Source: a virus
Taxonomy: Duplodnaviria > Caudoviricetes
Strand: one strand, 5' to 3'
DNA length: 26,105 nucleotides
IMG/VR virus record: IMGVR_UViG_3300005077_000095
Coordinates: 1 to 26,105 of that record
Shown piece by piece: positions 1 through 9,115 of the stretch; position 1 is the stretch's first letter, and each line of letters begins with the position of its first letter. Both the position numbers and the translations under genes were made by a program. Under the pieces are notes generated by a model. That model saw only the letters and a list, made by a program, of their open reading frames with translations. It ran no database searches and had not been told where the DNA came from.

Positions 1-1
1 T

Positions 2-3000
2 AGCTACATCAGCAAGTTCTCTATCAGGATAAAAATCTTTATTTCTAGCAGTAATAAAAAATCTACTAGCATCTGTAATTTCGTATCCTAAAACAACACC
101 TTTATCTTGATATATATTATCTAGCATATTAAGATAATATATAACTCTAGAATCACTCCATAGTAAAGGTGCACCTTCTCTAATTGCTATATATGTACTA
201 GTATTAGCTAAAAGAATATTGTATTTAAAATATTCATCATTAAATCTAAGATGTTCTTTAAGAAATTCATAAACATCTCCTTGATTTATAGGTGTAATCT
301 TTTCATCAATAAGATAAACTTTAGCCTTATCTTTATCTAGAATAAGAACACCAAATGGTGTAGAAATTATACAACCTTGATTTTGAACTCCTATTACACC
401 TTCTTGACTATCAATTAATTCAAATGGTACTCTATCAAATATATCACCTCTTGTAAGATATGCATCTTCATTAAGAGTAGAAAGAATATCCTTAATAAAT
501 GCTTTAAAGGTTGTAAAACGCATACCTATATATAATGCATTACCATGTGTGAGAAGCATAACTATTTCACCTTTGTTAGCAGGCATATCATAGTAATATC
601 TTGATGGAAAAACTCTCCATTTAAGATCAACGCTTTCACTATTCATAGGTAAACTACGAGCAATACGCTTAGGAAACTTTACAACAAAGTTTTGAGGTTT
701 ATTCCAAATAAATGGTGTAACTATGTTGTTAATAGAATTATAATCTTTATTATAAAGATAATTATTACCTGCTTGCCACATATCAAGAAATGTACCATAA
801 TAAGCATCAGGTATTTCAGGATCAGGAAGAATACTGATAATATCAGTTTTAGGATAATACTTTTCTTCTTTATTTACTCCTTCATATCTAAATCCAATAT
901 TACTAGTTGATTCATAAACCATACTAACAATGATTCTTGTAAATGAAATATCAAAATCAGGATCAGTTGGTGTACTTTCAAGTGTATTCATATACATCAT
1001 ATAAGAATATGCTGATATAAATGTATCACCACCATAAATAATTTCGTTAGGCTGAAGCCCACTATTATTAATTTTAACATATTTACCAGTAGAAACAACT
1101 CGCCTACCAAGAAAACCTAAATACATATCTGTTTTATATGCACAAATATTATATAAAATAAATAGATCTTCAAGATCAGAAATATCTGTTCTAGTCTTAA
1201 TAATAAAACAATCCTCTCTACAAAGATTATCGATTTCAGAATTAGCATTATTATGAGCAGGAAAATATTTAATCGTTTCAACTACATTTTTAGCACCAGA
1301 AAGATATGGTGTTATAGTATCTTTTATAGAATCCCAATATCCAGTAAGACCTGTTGGAGTACTACTTAGCACTTTAGTACTATCAGCATCTATAATTAGT
1401 TCTCTACTAATATATCTAGGAACAGGGTTTAATTGATTACTTAAAGAAGTAAAACCATGAAATCTGAATTCATTATTTGGGTCAGTAGATAGTTCTTCCC
1501 AATCTTTAGGATGTAATAAACCTTGATCAAGAATACTCATATCCTCATTACCACGTTCATAATAAAAGATTTCATACCCATCAACATAAGGTTTAATATT
1601 ATCAGGTATTTGTATATTTTCAATTCTTATACCTAATGCTTTAGTAGAATATGTACCTTGTACTTGATTTAATTCTTCTATGTGTAGAGTAATTGTTGTA
1701 TCAGGATCACCTTCTATTGGTGTAACATAGTGAAAAGCATCAATTTTAAAATAAAGTTTTTCACCTTCAAGTAGTCTAACTGGTGCTAATGTATCAGTAA
1801 ACTGAGCAGGCATATCAGTACGCTGATATATACGATTTTTTAAGTTACCTGAACGATCTAAATGATCAATTCGTGTATGTAAATCACCACCAACTATACA
1901 CATAGCATAAATAGCTAAATCTATAGTAACATTTTGAATACTATTTGCAGTATAAATTCTACCATTATCTGTAAATCTAGTATTTGTTGGATCAGCAGGA
2001 TTTAAATAAAATCTGATTTGTTGATTATCAGAACTTTCTGGATCGGTATCAGAAATATATACGGTTTCTTCTTCTCCTTGAAATATTACAGTTTGAATAT
2101 GTGGTTCAATAGTAAGGTCGTATGCAGCAATAGGAACAGGTGTTATGATATGAGATAAACCATACGTTTCAAGTTGATGAAGATTAGGAAATTTATGATG
2201 TCTTACTTTAGCTCCTGCAAGTATTTTTCCTTCTATAGAATTAGGAAACCAACTAGGATACTCTTCATTCTTATTTTCCCAAAAACTCATATCACCAGAT
2301 ACTCCATCTGTACCTAATGTAGAAGTATCTATTATTTGATATTTAAGCAGGTCAGGATCTAATTCTAATAGATCAGCATCTGTTACAGCGTCTTTATCAC
2401 CAGCATTAGCTTCTCTTCCAGGTATATGATATAAAGCATAAACGCCTCCATACTTCAAATGAAGTGCTATAAGAAAACCATAAACTTCACCTGCTCTAAA
2501 ACTTTTATTATAAAAAATAGTAGTACCTTCTTTATATGAACTATAAATACCATCAAGTGAAATTTCTTTTTCTCTAATCCAACTGATTTTGATATCATTA
2601 GCATAAGGCTGATAATCAAGAAGTGGAAGTCCAGTAAGACCACCTAATAAAAGTTCATTATTTAAAGTAGCAAGACTTTTAACTTTTGGATATACAGCAG
2701 TATTAGAAAGTAATGTAGTTAAATCAAGTGGTGTAGCTTCAGTAAGAGATGTAATAACAAGTTCTAAATTGGAAGAACTAATAGGATATTTATTATATAA
2801 ATGACCTTGTATTATACCATTTATTTTAGATATAACACCTATGTATATATAATCATAATTTAAATCAATATTAGTTATTTCACAACTAATACCTTTATTA
2901 GTATGTGTTCCACCAGGACAACCTTCAATATCATTAAATGTAATTTTATCAGAATCTTCTATTATAGAAATAGGATTTGATTTATGCATCCAAGGAGTAC

Positions 3001-3562
3001 TTGTACCATCTCCAAAACCATAGGATGTAGTTAAATAATAAACACCTGATTGTAAATTACCATTATCAATAATAGTAGTAATATTAACAGCTGCCTGAGA
3101 AACAACAGGAAATAATTCTAATAATATTACTTTATTAGGATCTTCAATGCCATATGTTCCAGTAACAGTAAACGGAAGATTATCTACATTAAGAATCTTA
3201 GGTGATACGTTATTATCAGTCCAAGCTATAACAAGTTCACCTTTATGATTGTATGTAAATGTTCCAGTAATAGGAAATAAAGGATTAAATCCAAGTAATG
3301 GATCGTCTATAATAATTCCTTTTCTACTACTTACTATTTGATGATTAATACCATCTGAACAAAATAATATATATTCATTGTTACAAACTATTTTACCAAG
3401 AAATGGATATTTAGTTGTAATAGAATCAGAATCATATAGGAAGCCAGGTTCAACATCAATCGTGTTAGTTGCAACATTACGGATTTTGTTGAGTGCATTA
3501 ACCCAACTAGCTTGACGAGTATTAATAAGTTTACGATCTAATACTAAACCTGATGCTTCCAT
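2..3562 (-). CDS. crAss-like tail muzzle / tail stabilisation protein (P22 gp10-like), 3' end truncated by the window edge (at least 1187 aa)
   Basis: Not in the ORF track because it has no stop inside the window. I translated it by hand from the ATG at 3562 (MEASGLVLDRKLINTRQASWVNALNKIRNV...EPGF) and it stays open to position 2. It contains motifs I recognise from crAss-like muzzle proteins: ELVIAWTDNNVSPKILN, GNLQSGVYY, DYQPYANDIKISW, YNKSFRAGEVYG...YHIPGR, VRHHKFP, LGIRIENIQIP, YGGDTFIS, FPKRIARS, YYDMPANKGEI. Confidence 0.85.
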   Translation of the reverse strand, partial: MEASGLVLDRKLINTRQASWVNALNKIRNVATNTIDVEPGFLYDSDSITTKYPFLGKIVCNNEYILFCSDGINHQIVSSRKGIIIDDPLLGFNPLFPITGTFTYNHKGELVIAWTDNNVSPKILNVDNLPFTVTGTYGIEDPNKVILLELFPVVSQAAVNITTIIDNGNLQSGVYYLTTSYGFGDGTSTPWMHKSNPISIIEDSDKITFNDIEGCPGGTHTNKGISCEITNIDLNYDYIYIGVISKINGIIQGHLYNKYPISSSNLELVITSLTEATPLDLTTLLSNTAVYPKVKSLATLNNELLLGGLTGLPLLDYQPYANDIKISWIREKEISLDGIYSSYKEGTTIFYNKSFRAGEVYGFLIALHLKYGGVYALYHIPGREANAGDKDAVTDADLLELDPDLLKYQIIDTSTLGTDGVSGDMSFWENKNEEYPSWFPNSIEGKILAGAKVRHHKFPNLHQLETYGLSHIITPVPIAAYDLTIEPHIQTVIFQGEEETVYISDTDPESSDNQQIRFYLNPADPTNTRFTDNGRIYTANSIQNVTIDLAIYAMCIVGGDLHTRIDHLDRSGNLKNRIYQRTDMPAQFTDTLAPVRLLEGEKLYFKIDAFHYVTPIEGDPDTTITLHIEELNQVQGTYSTKALGIRIENIQIPDNIKPYVDGYEIFYYERGNEDMSILDQGLLHPKDWEELSTDPNNEFRFHGFTSLSNQLNPVPRYISRELIIDADSTKVLSSTPTGLTGYWDSIKDTITPYLSGAKNVVETIKYFPAHNNANSEIDNLCREDCFIIKTRTDISDLEDLFILYNICAYKTDMYLGFLGRRVVSTGKYVKINNSGLQPNEIIYGGDTFISAYSYMMYMNTLESTPTDPDFDISFTRIIVSMVYESTSNIGFRYEGVNKEEKYYPKTDIISILPDPEIPDAYYGTFLDMWQAGNNYLYNKDYNSINNIVTPFIWNKPQNFVVKFPKRIARSLPMNSESVDLKWRVFPSRYYYDMPANKGEIVMLLTHGNALYIGMRFTTFKAFIKDILSTLNEDAYLTRGDIFDRVPFELIDSQEGVIGVQNQGCIISTPFGVLILDKDKAKVYLIDEKITPINQGDVYEFLKEHLRFNDEYFKYNILLANTSTYIAIREGAPLLWSDSRVIYYLNMLDNIYQDKGVVLGYEITDASRFFITARNKDFYPDRELADVA

Positions 3563-3574
3563 ATGATTACAATA

Positions 3575-4120
3575 TTATTTAATAACAAACCTTAATGCAT
3601 CCCAAAGATCTTTAAAATTGCCATCAGTTTTAGGCATATCATCTTCAGTAATGTAATACAACTCATAAGGATCAGTACATGGTTCATCAAGCCATTCACC
3701 ATACGCTATAAGTTGTGCCTCACGTATCTTTAAAGCTTCTGCATACTTACTTTCAATTTCATTCCTGATAGCTTTAACTTCATCAGAATTAAAATCAATA
3801 TCAAGTATTACATTATCACCATTAGCTGTAGGAATAACTTTAGTCTTTGGTGCATTAGATCCTTCTGGAGTAGCAAGTTTACGATAAGCTTCATTCAATT
3901 CTTTTTCGTATTCAAGATACTCTGTAGTCTTTTTAACGAACTTTGAAAAGTCATATGCTTTCTTAATAGGAAGCAATGCTTTAATGTTTTTGCTTACTGC
4001 TTTATTAAGAGCAAATGTAGGAACATCAGAAAGATTCTCTAATCTAGTACAATGATTGAGAACGTCACGATTTGTAAGTTTATCACTTACTTCAGTTTTG
4101 TTAAGTAATTCGGATACCAT
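3575..4120 (-). CDS. DUF1617-like helical phage protein, of the type often found downstream of tail fibre genes (possible fibre assembly factor)
   Basis: 181-aa ORF in the operon. Charged and helical, with FALNKAVSKNIKAL near the N-terminus and a C-terminal ITEDDMP...LRFVI, which resembles DUF1617-type proteins. Family call is by eye. Confidence 0.5.
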   Translation of the reverse strand: MVSELLNKTEVSDKLTNRDVLNHCTRLENLSDVPTFALNKAVSKNIKALLPIKKAYDFSKFVKKTTEYLEYEKELNEAYRKLATPEGSNAPKTKVIPTANGDNVILDIDFNSDEVKAIRNEIESKYAEALKIREAQLIAYGEWLDEPCTDPYELYYITEDDMPKTDGNFKDLWDALRFVIK

Positions 4121-4153
4121 ACTTTAAGTTAGTTTATTGGTTATACAAATGTA

Positions 4154-4438
4154 TTAGTAGTTAACAAGTATATTTTCTTGTACATTAGTACCAGTATTAA
4201 ATACTTTAACTACTTTTACAGGAAATTCAGTAAAAGGACTAGGAAATTGAATGACAACTGTTTCACCTCCTTCTGTAACTACTTTAACATCTACATCAAT
4301 GTCAAAAACAGATTGAAGCATAATATATCCTGGATTAGGTAAAGGATTATTATCATCAGGTGTTACAATTGCACAATGTGTACGTTGAAAGGTTTTAGCA
4401 ATTTGAGTTATTGCATTAATTATAGCTTCTTCATTCAT
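4154..4438 (-). CDS. Putative head-spike base protein (RcGTA Rcc01079-like)
   Basis: 94-aa ORF. The pattern AIVTPDDNNPLP...DVKVVTEGGETVVI...PVKVVKVFNTGT...ILVNY matches the recalled Rcc01079-family pattern (VTPxDxxxL...lxVxxxxGxxVtf...PvxVxrVxxTGT...ival) in both length and motif order. Confidence 0.6.
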   Translation of the reverse strand: MNEEAIINAITQIAKTFQRTHCAIVTPDDNNPLPNPGYIMLQSVFDIDVDVKVVTEGGETVVIQFPSPFTEFPVKVVKVFNTGTNVQENILVNY

Positions 4439-4456
4439 TGTCGTATGATATTAAGT

Positions 4457-6460
4457 TTAATTAAAGTGTAGAACACATTTTGCAAGTCCTGCACCTGTTC
4501 TACTTTCAAGTACATGACCTATTTCATAAAAATGTTTATCTGTTGCAAAAGGAGAAGTAGGAACAGCTTCAGCCATAGCTTGACCAGAAACATATCCGCT
4601 ATCTGCTGATACAAACCCTCTTGCAAGATAACCTCTAGTGGTATCTCCAATAAAATATACATCAGCTATACCACTTACTACAATCCATGCTTCAGAACCA
4701 TCTGCAACTCCTGATTCATAAAAAACTCCTATTGGATCAGGTACATCTACTACTATCTTTTTAACTGCATTATCAACTGCTGTAGCACTGTATATTGAAA
4801 CAACTTCTCCTTTTACAGAAGCACCACCTGTTTTATTGGTTAATTTTATCATATAGCCGCCATATTCATTTATAGCAGCCTTTTCGTTAATAGATAAAGG
4901 AGCAGTAGGTGAAGCTGTTCTAATACCTATTTTACTAGTAGCTGATGGACTAGAACCTATTGCTGTATTTAAACCGTATAATACATTACCTATATTTAAC
5001 CAATTATTAGTTGTTGAAGCAGGAACATCTACTCCAGACCCTATTAATATATTTCTAGCACCAGTTAGTAATGTAGCACCTACATTATTTCCGATTAAAA
5101 TATTATAATTAAACGATGTTTTAGCAGTTGCAGAATACCCAGCATGATATCCAACAAATACATTATATGCACCACTTAAGTTAGTACCTGCATTATAGCC
5201 ATATGCTGCATTTCCATGAGAACTATTATATATACCAGCTAATGCATTATTTCCAACTGCCGTACAATAACTAATAGTTTTAGTAGTAGAAGAATTTTCA
5301 GCTCTTAAAGCACCATTACCAATAGCAACATCTTGAGCAGATGCATTTTGATACATAAGTGATGCATATCCCATAGCAATATTATTATTTCCTGTTGTAA
5401 TAGTAGAACCAGCAGAAGAACCTATAAATGTATTAGTGTTACCTGTTGTTAATGCATTACCAACATTATTTATTCCAATAACTATATTTTCATAACCAGT
5501 AGTTAAATTAGCCATAACATTGTATGCTAATCCAAGATTCCATTGTCCAATTCTAAAAGCATTAGCATTTTTATAATAAAAACCTTTTAATGTAGTATTA
5601 TCTTTTCTATATTCAAGATCTGTTGTAATTAGACTGGCTTCAATTATGTTATCCAAATAACTTGTTTGAGTATTATTATTAATCAATATTACTCTCTTAC
5701 CAACACCGCCACTACTAGTAGCTCTATAAATCTTTCTACCTGTAACTCTTGGATCAGTAGCTATAGGTAAATTATCAATTTGAATTTTATATCCACCAGG
5801 GTTAGCACCTGTGGTAATAGTTTTTCTCCAACCAGTTCCTTGATATCCAGCTTCTGTATCTCCAATTGCAGTAACATAAGCTATACCATAATAATAAGTT
5901 GTATTTGGCAGTAAATTTCCATTTTCTACTGCAGTAAGCGTTAAATTAGATATATCTGTTGTAGTAGGTGCAATAACTGGGGCTAAATTAATTTCTCCTG
6001 CTATTTCTAATGATTTACCAGAAGGACTACTAATGGTATTTAATAAACCTATTACTTGTGTTCCAATAACATCAAATGTAGCTCTTGGAACTGTACCACC
6101 TAAAACAATTTTAGAAGAAGTTTCATATAATATAGAATCTGTTATAGTATTTACATCAGATGCTTTTGCAAGATAATTAGCATTAAGACCGCTAATTAAA
6201 CCAATATGTGTATGACCAGATGCAGCATAACCAGCATCAGCATGGTTTCCCCATCCATAAGCAGTATTCCAATTAGAAGAATTATCAGAAACTACACCAT
6301 ATACTCCTTCACTAGTACGAACTAATATACCATTAGATGTAAAATCACTATCTAAAAGTACACTACTTGGTAGTAATTCTTCAGGAATATTATATGTTTT
6401 AAGGATTGCTAAAACATTATTCCTAAATTCATGAGGAATATATGATGTAGGTTCTGCCAT
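4457..6460 (-). CDS. Mosaic trimeric fibre/spike protein
   Basis: 667 aa. Fibre shaft motif NWNTAYGWGNHADAGY near aa 63-78. FN3-like insert (TYYYGIAYVTAIGDTE...VTGRKIYR...SYLDN) at aa ~164-277. About ten TTGxxNxxIG-type YadA-head-like repeats at aa ~305-495. IGIRTASP motif, then a C-terminal cement/decoration-like domain at aa ~537-667. Confidence 0.75.
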   Translation of the reverse strand: MAEPTSYIPHEFRNNVLAILKTYNIPEELLPSSVLLDSDFTSNGILVRTSEGVYGVVSDNSSNWNTAYGWGNHADAGYAASGHTHIGLISGLNANYLAKASDVNTITDSILYETSSKIVLGGTVPRATFDVIGTQVIGLLNTISSPSGKSLEIAGEINLAPVIAPTTTDISNLTLTAVENGNLLPNTTYYYGIAYVTAIGDTEAGYQGTGWRKTITTGANPGGYKIQIDNLPIATDPRVTGRKIYRATSSGGVGKRVILINNNTQTSYLDNIIEASLITTDLEYRKDNTTLKGFYYKNANAFRIGQWNLGLAYNVMANLTTGYENIVIGINNVGNALTTGNTNTFIGSSAGSTITTGNNNIAMGYASLMYQNASAQDVAIGNGALRAENSSTTKTISYCTAVGNNALAGIYNSSHGNAAYGYNAGTNLSGAYNVFVGYHAGYSATAKTSFNYNILIGNNVGATLLTGARNILIGSGVDVPASTTNNWLNIGNVLYGLNTAIGSSPSATSKIGIRTASPTAPLSINEKAAINEYGGYMIKLTNKTGGASVKGEVVSIYSATAVDNAVKKIVVDVPDPIGVFYESGVADGSEAWIVVSGIADVYFIGDTTRGYLARGFVSADSGYVSGQAMAEAVPTSPFATDKHFYEIGHVLESRTGAGLAKCVLHFN
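4976..5548 (-). repeat. Protein-level tandem repeats (~14-17 aa, NxxIG/NxAxG beta-roll type) in the 667-aa fibre
   Basis: TTGYENIVIG, TTGNTNTFIG, TTGNNNIAMG, AQDVAIG, YCTAVG, GNAAYG, YNVFVG, YNILIG, RNILIG. Boundaries are approximate. Confidence 0.75.
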
Positions 6461-6463
6461 AAT

Positions 6464-6700
6464 TTATTTCAAAATGTTTTTAGGATCTTTAAAAAATTCA
6501 GTAGTAATAACACCAAGACAAACAAGTGTGATTAGAGTAAGAGCATAAAGAAAGTAATTATCTACACCTTTGAGATTACAATATGCATTAACTACATAAT
6601 GCCATTCAACAGCAAGAAAATATAGAAATGCTCTTTTGGAACTAGCACTACCTTTCTGATCTTCAAAAAAACCAGCAAACCATTTTAGAAACTTTATCAT
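6464..6700 (-). CDS. Small membrane protein, putative holin
   Basis: 78 aa. Amphipathic N-terminus, GSASSKR motif, two hydrophobic segments (AFLYFLAV..., FLYALTLITLVCLGVITT) and a basic C-terminus. This layout resembles SSKR-type two-TM phage holin-like proteins. Confidence 0.5.
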   Translation of the reverse strand: MIKFLKWFAGFFEDQKGSASSKRAFLYFLAVEWHYVVNAYCNLKGVDNYFLYALTLITLVCLGVITTEFFKDPKNILK

Positions 6701-6712
6701 AGTATTACGAGT

Positions 6713-9091
6713 TTATTCAGGAACATATTCAGATTCATTTGTTACATCTTCATCTGTGAATGTAGGAAGTGTTCCATTATCTGTAAACGTAACACTACCA
6801 TTAGCATTATTAAATGCTAGTTTAAATCCAGTTAAAGATGAATCAATCCTATCTGTAATTGGAATTATTAAAGTGGTATCATCTACAAATGTAGCACCTT
6901 CTTCGATTGGTACCACTATATCTTCACTATCTGTTAGTACAAATGCTAATTCAGCAGTAACTACACTTGCTATATGTTTATTAGTAAATGGAACAGATAA
7001 GAATTCAGTTGTATCAGTAATAATTTTTACTTCACCAAGAATAGGCTCTTCATATGTACTATTATTAGTAACTTCAAAGTCTACTGTTTCATGTAACCAA
7101 CTATCATCTTCAAATATAACTCCTTCTTCTGCAGTAGGTTCAGTAAAATTAAGTAGTTGTTCATCTGTACTTAAAATTCTACTACTTAATTCTATAGTTA
7201 TTGTGTCGTTCAATATTGCTAAAGTAGCAAAATTAAGTCCAGCAGTAATAGAAAGATAATCTTCAATATCTACTTCAGAACTTACATTTTTAGCAAAGGT
7301 TAATGTAAGAACTTCAGCTGTTTCAGCAAGATTAGTTGTAATAACAGCACTTTCTATCAAATCAACTACATAAGTAGAATTATTTGTTACAGCAACAGTA
7401 TCGTTAATGTTTCTAAACAGAGTATAATCAACAAATTTAATTATACCTTGTAGAGCAACATATGTTAGATCATTTATCTCTGCACCGCTTTCTACTCTAC
7501 TATTAAGTTTAATTTTAAGATGTGTTGTAGAAAGTTCATTATCAGTTGTTAGTGTAAGACCATCAACTATAAGTGCCAGTTCAGGATTAATTACTGACTC
7601 AAGTTCTTTATTAAAGACTATATCTAGATATTCTTCTTCGAGAACAGTTTCAATACTTGCAGATACAAATGCTGGTTCTGTTGCTTCTGAATTATTAGTT
7701 GCAGTTATAGTAAATGAACCAACTGGTGGTGCATAGTTTGTAAGAGTAATTAAACCATTTGTACTATCATAGATCAAAGTAGGATTTTCATCTCCTGCTA
7801 TAACTCTTTCTACAATAGGAATGGAAAGAACTCTATCATTTATACGTGCGTTTTCATAATCAAGTGTATAACCTGTAAGTATAAATGATAGTTCAGTTAG
7901 TGATATTGTATTAACAGCATAATCGAATGTTATTAAAACATTATTATATGTTTCATTTTCATCGATTTCAGCATCAAGAATAGGTTCTGCTATAAACTCA
8001 GAATTATTAACAACAGGAAGATCAGCTATACCTGTATCAGTAATATCTCCACTTAATGTTACAATAAATAGTTCTGATGTTAAATCGGCAACTAATGCAT
8101 CATAACTATGAGGATATCTACCATTTAATTTAACAAATACAACATTATCTTCAATAGTAGTTGTACCTTCTACTGTATGTTCAGTATCTGTAAATACAAT
8201 GTTTGAAGCACCTTCAACATCAGTTACAGGAATAGCATATACTATTGCTAAATATTCTTCATCTTCAATAGTTTCAATTGATGCACTTCTAGCATAATTA
8301 GCAATAGCAGATTCATTAGAAGGATTATATGTTTGTGGAACTTCTACAGGACCATGTGTACTTGATGAAAAAGCACTTGAATCATTAAATACTATTCTGT
8401 ATTCAACATCAGCAAGGAAAGGTTTATTAAAAACAAAACTACGAGCATAAGGCTTACCTTGTACTAAAAGTACTTGAGTGATAAGAATATCAGTAAGAAT
8501 ATATTCTTCATCTTCAAGACGATAAAATTTAAATGCATTATTCCATGCATCTACATCACCATCAATACTAAAGCTATCATTAAATGCTATTGTAAGCCCA
8601 GTGCCATTTTCTGAAATACCTTCTAGGCAATCTGGTGCAATTCCTGCAGCAATATCGCTTTCATTATACAATTTAACATGAAAGGTAGGTACAATATTAC
8701 CACTATTATACTTTTTAATAAAAAAGCAAGTGTTACTTAGGATCCCATTTATTGGATCATCATGAGAATCTGTTGTAAAGATATCATAATAATTAGTACT
8801 AGTTTTAACAATACGTACGTTTCCTTCAGATAAAACGTATGTTTCATCAATAGGATATGTAGTTGTATTAAAAGCATTAGTATCTGTGGTTCTTATTCTA
8901 AAATGTCCTGTTTCTACATACTCTGTAGTAATATTAATATCAATCTCATTTTTTAACATTGTAACTACAGGTGGAAGAACATCAGTTTGAGAAAGTGCAA
9001 ATATAAGTTCATCTACACCATCAAGTACATTAGCTAAAATAAGTGTCAAATGTTCAACAGATTTAGCTTGTCTAATTTCTTTCTTTTTCAT
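6713..9091 (-). CDS. Large acidic protein with six tandem SwmB/Ig-like beta-sandwich repeats; probable virion appendage or adhesin
   Basis: 792 aa, rich in D/E/T/I/V and poor in K/R after the N-terminus. An N-terminal domain (ALSQTDVLPPVVTMLKNEI...GILSNTCFFIKKY) is followed by ~100-110-aa repeats that begin (P)xxxSAxIxT...LxIxF and end VxN[NE]SxY. Confidence 0.6.
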   Translation of the reverse strand: MKKKEIRQAKSVEHLTLILANVLDGVDELIFALSQTDVLPPVVTMLKNEIDINITTEYVETGHFRIRTTDTNAFNTTTYPIDETYVLSEGNVRIVKTSTNYYDIFTTDSHDDPINGILSNTCFFIKKYNSGNIVPTFHVKLYNESDIAAGIAPDCLEGISENGTGLTIAFNDSFSIDGDVDAWNNAFKFYRLEDEEYILTDILITQVLLVQGKPYARSFVFNKPFLADVEYRIVFNDSSAFSSSTHGPVEVPQTYNPSNESAIANYARSASIETIEDEEYLAIVYAIPVTDVEGASNIVFTDTEHTVEGTTTIEDNVVFVKLNGRYPHSYDALVADLTSELFIVTLSGDITDTGIADLPVVNNSEFIAEPILDAEIDENETYNNVLITFDYAVNTISLTELSFILTGYTLDYENARINDRVLSIPIVERVIAGDENPTLIYDSTNGLITLTNYAPPVGSFTITATNNSEATEPAFVSASIETVLEEEYLDIVFNKELESVINPELALIVDGLTLTTDNELSTTHLKIKLNSRVESGAEINDLTYVALQGIIKFVDYTLFRNINDTVAVTNNSTYVVDLIESAVITTNLAETAEVLTLTFAKNVSSEVDIEDYLSITAGLNFATLAILNDTITIELSSRILSTDEQLLNFTEPTAEEGVIFEDDSWLHETVDFEVTNNSTYEEPILGEVKIITDTTEFLSVPFTNKHIASVVTAELAFVLTDSEDIVVPIEEGATFVDDTTLIIPITDRIDSSLTGFKLAFNNANGSVTFTDNGTLPTFTDEDVTNESEYVPE
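6716..8644 (-). repeat. Six protein-level tandem repeats of ~100-110 aa
   Basis: Repeat ends read PSNESA, VVNNSEF, ATNNSEA, VTNNSTY, VTNNSTY, VTNESEY. Repeat starts include SASIETIEDEEYLAIVY and SASIETVLEEEYLDIVF. Confidence 0.8.
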
Positions 9092-9115
9092 TGTATTATT
9101 TGTTTTAAGTTGTTT

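Noticed and set aside
1-3574. Apparent 3.5 kb gene-free region in the ORF track, which could suggest stop-codon recoding or non-coding RNA
   Set aside because: It is a single open minus-strand frame (the muzzle gene) that has no stop inside the window. No recoding is needed to explain it.
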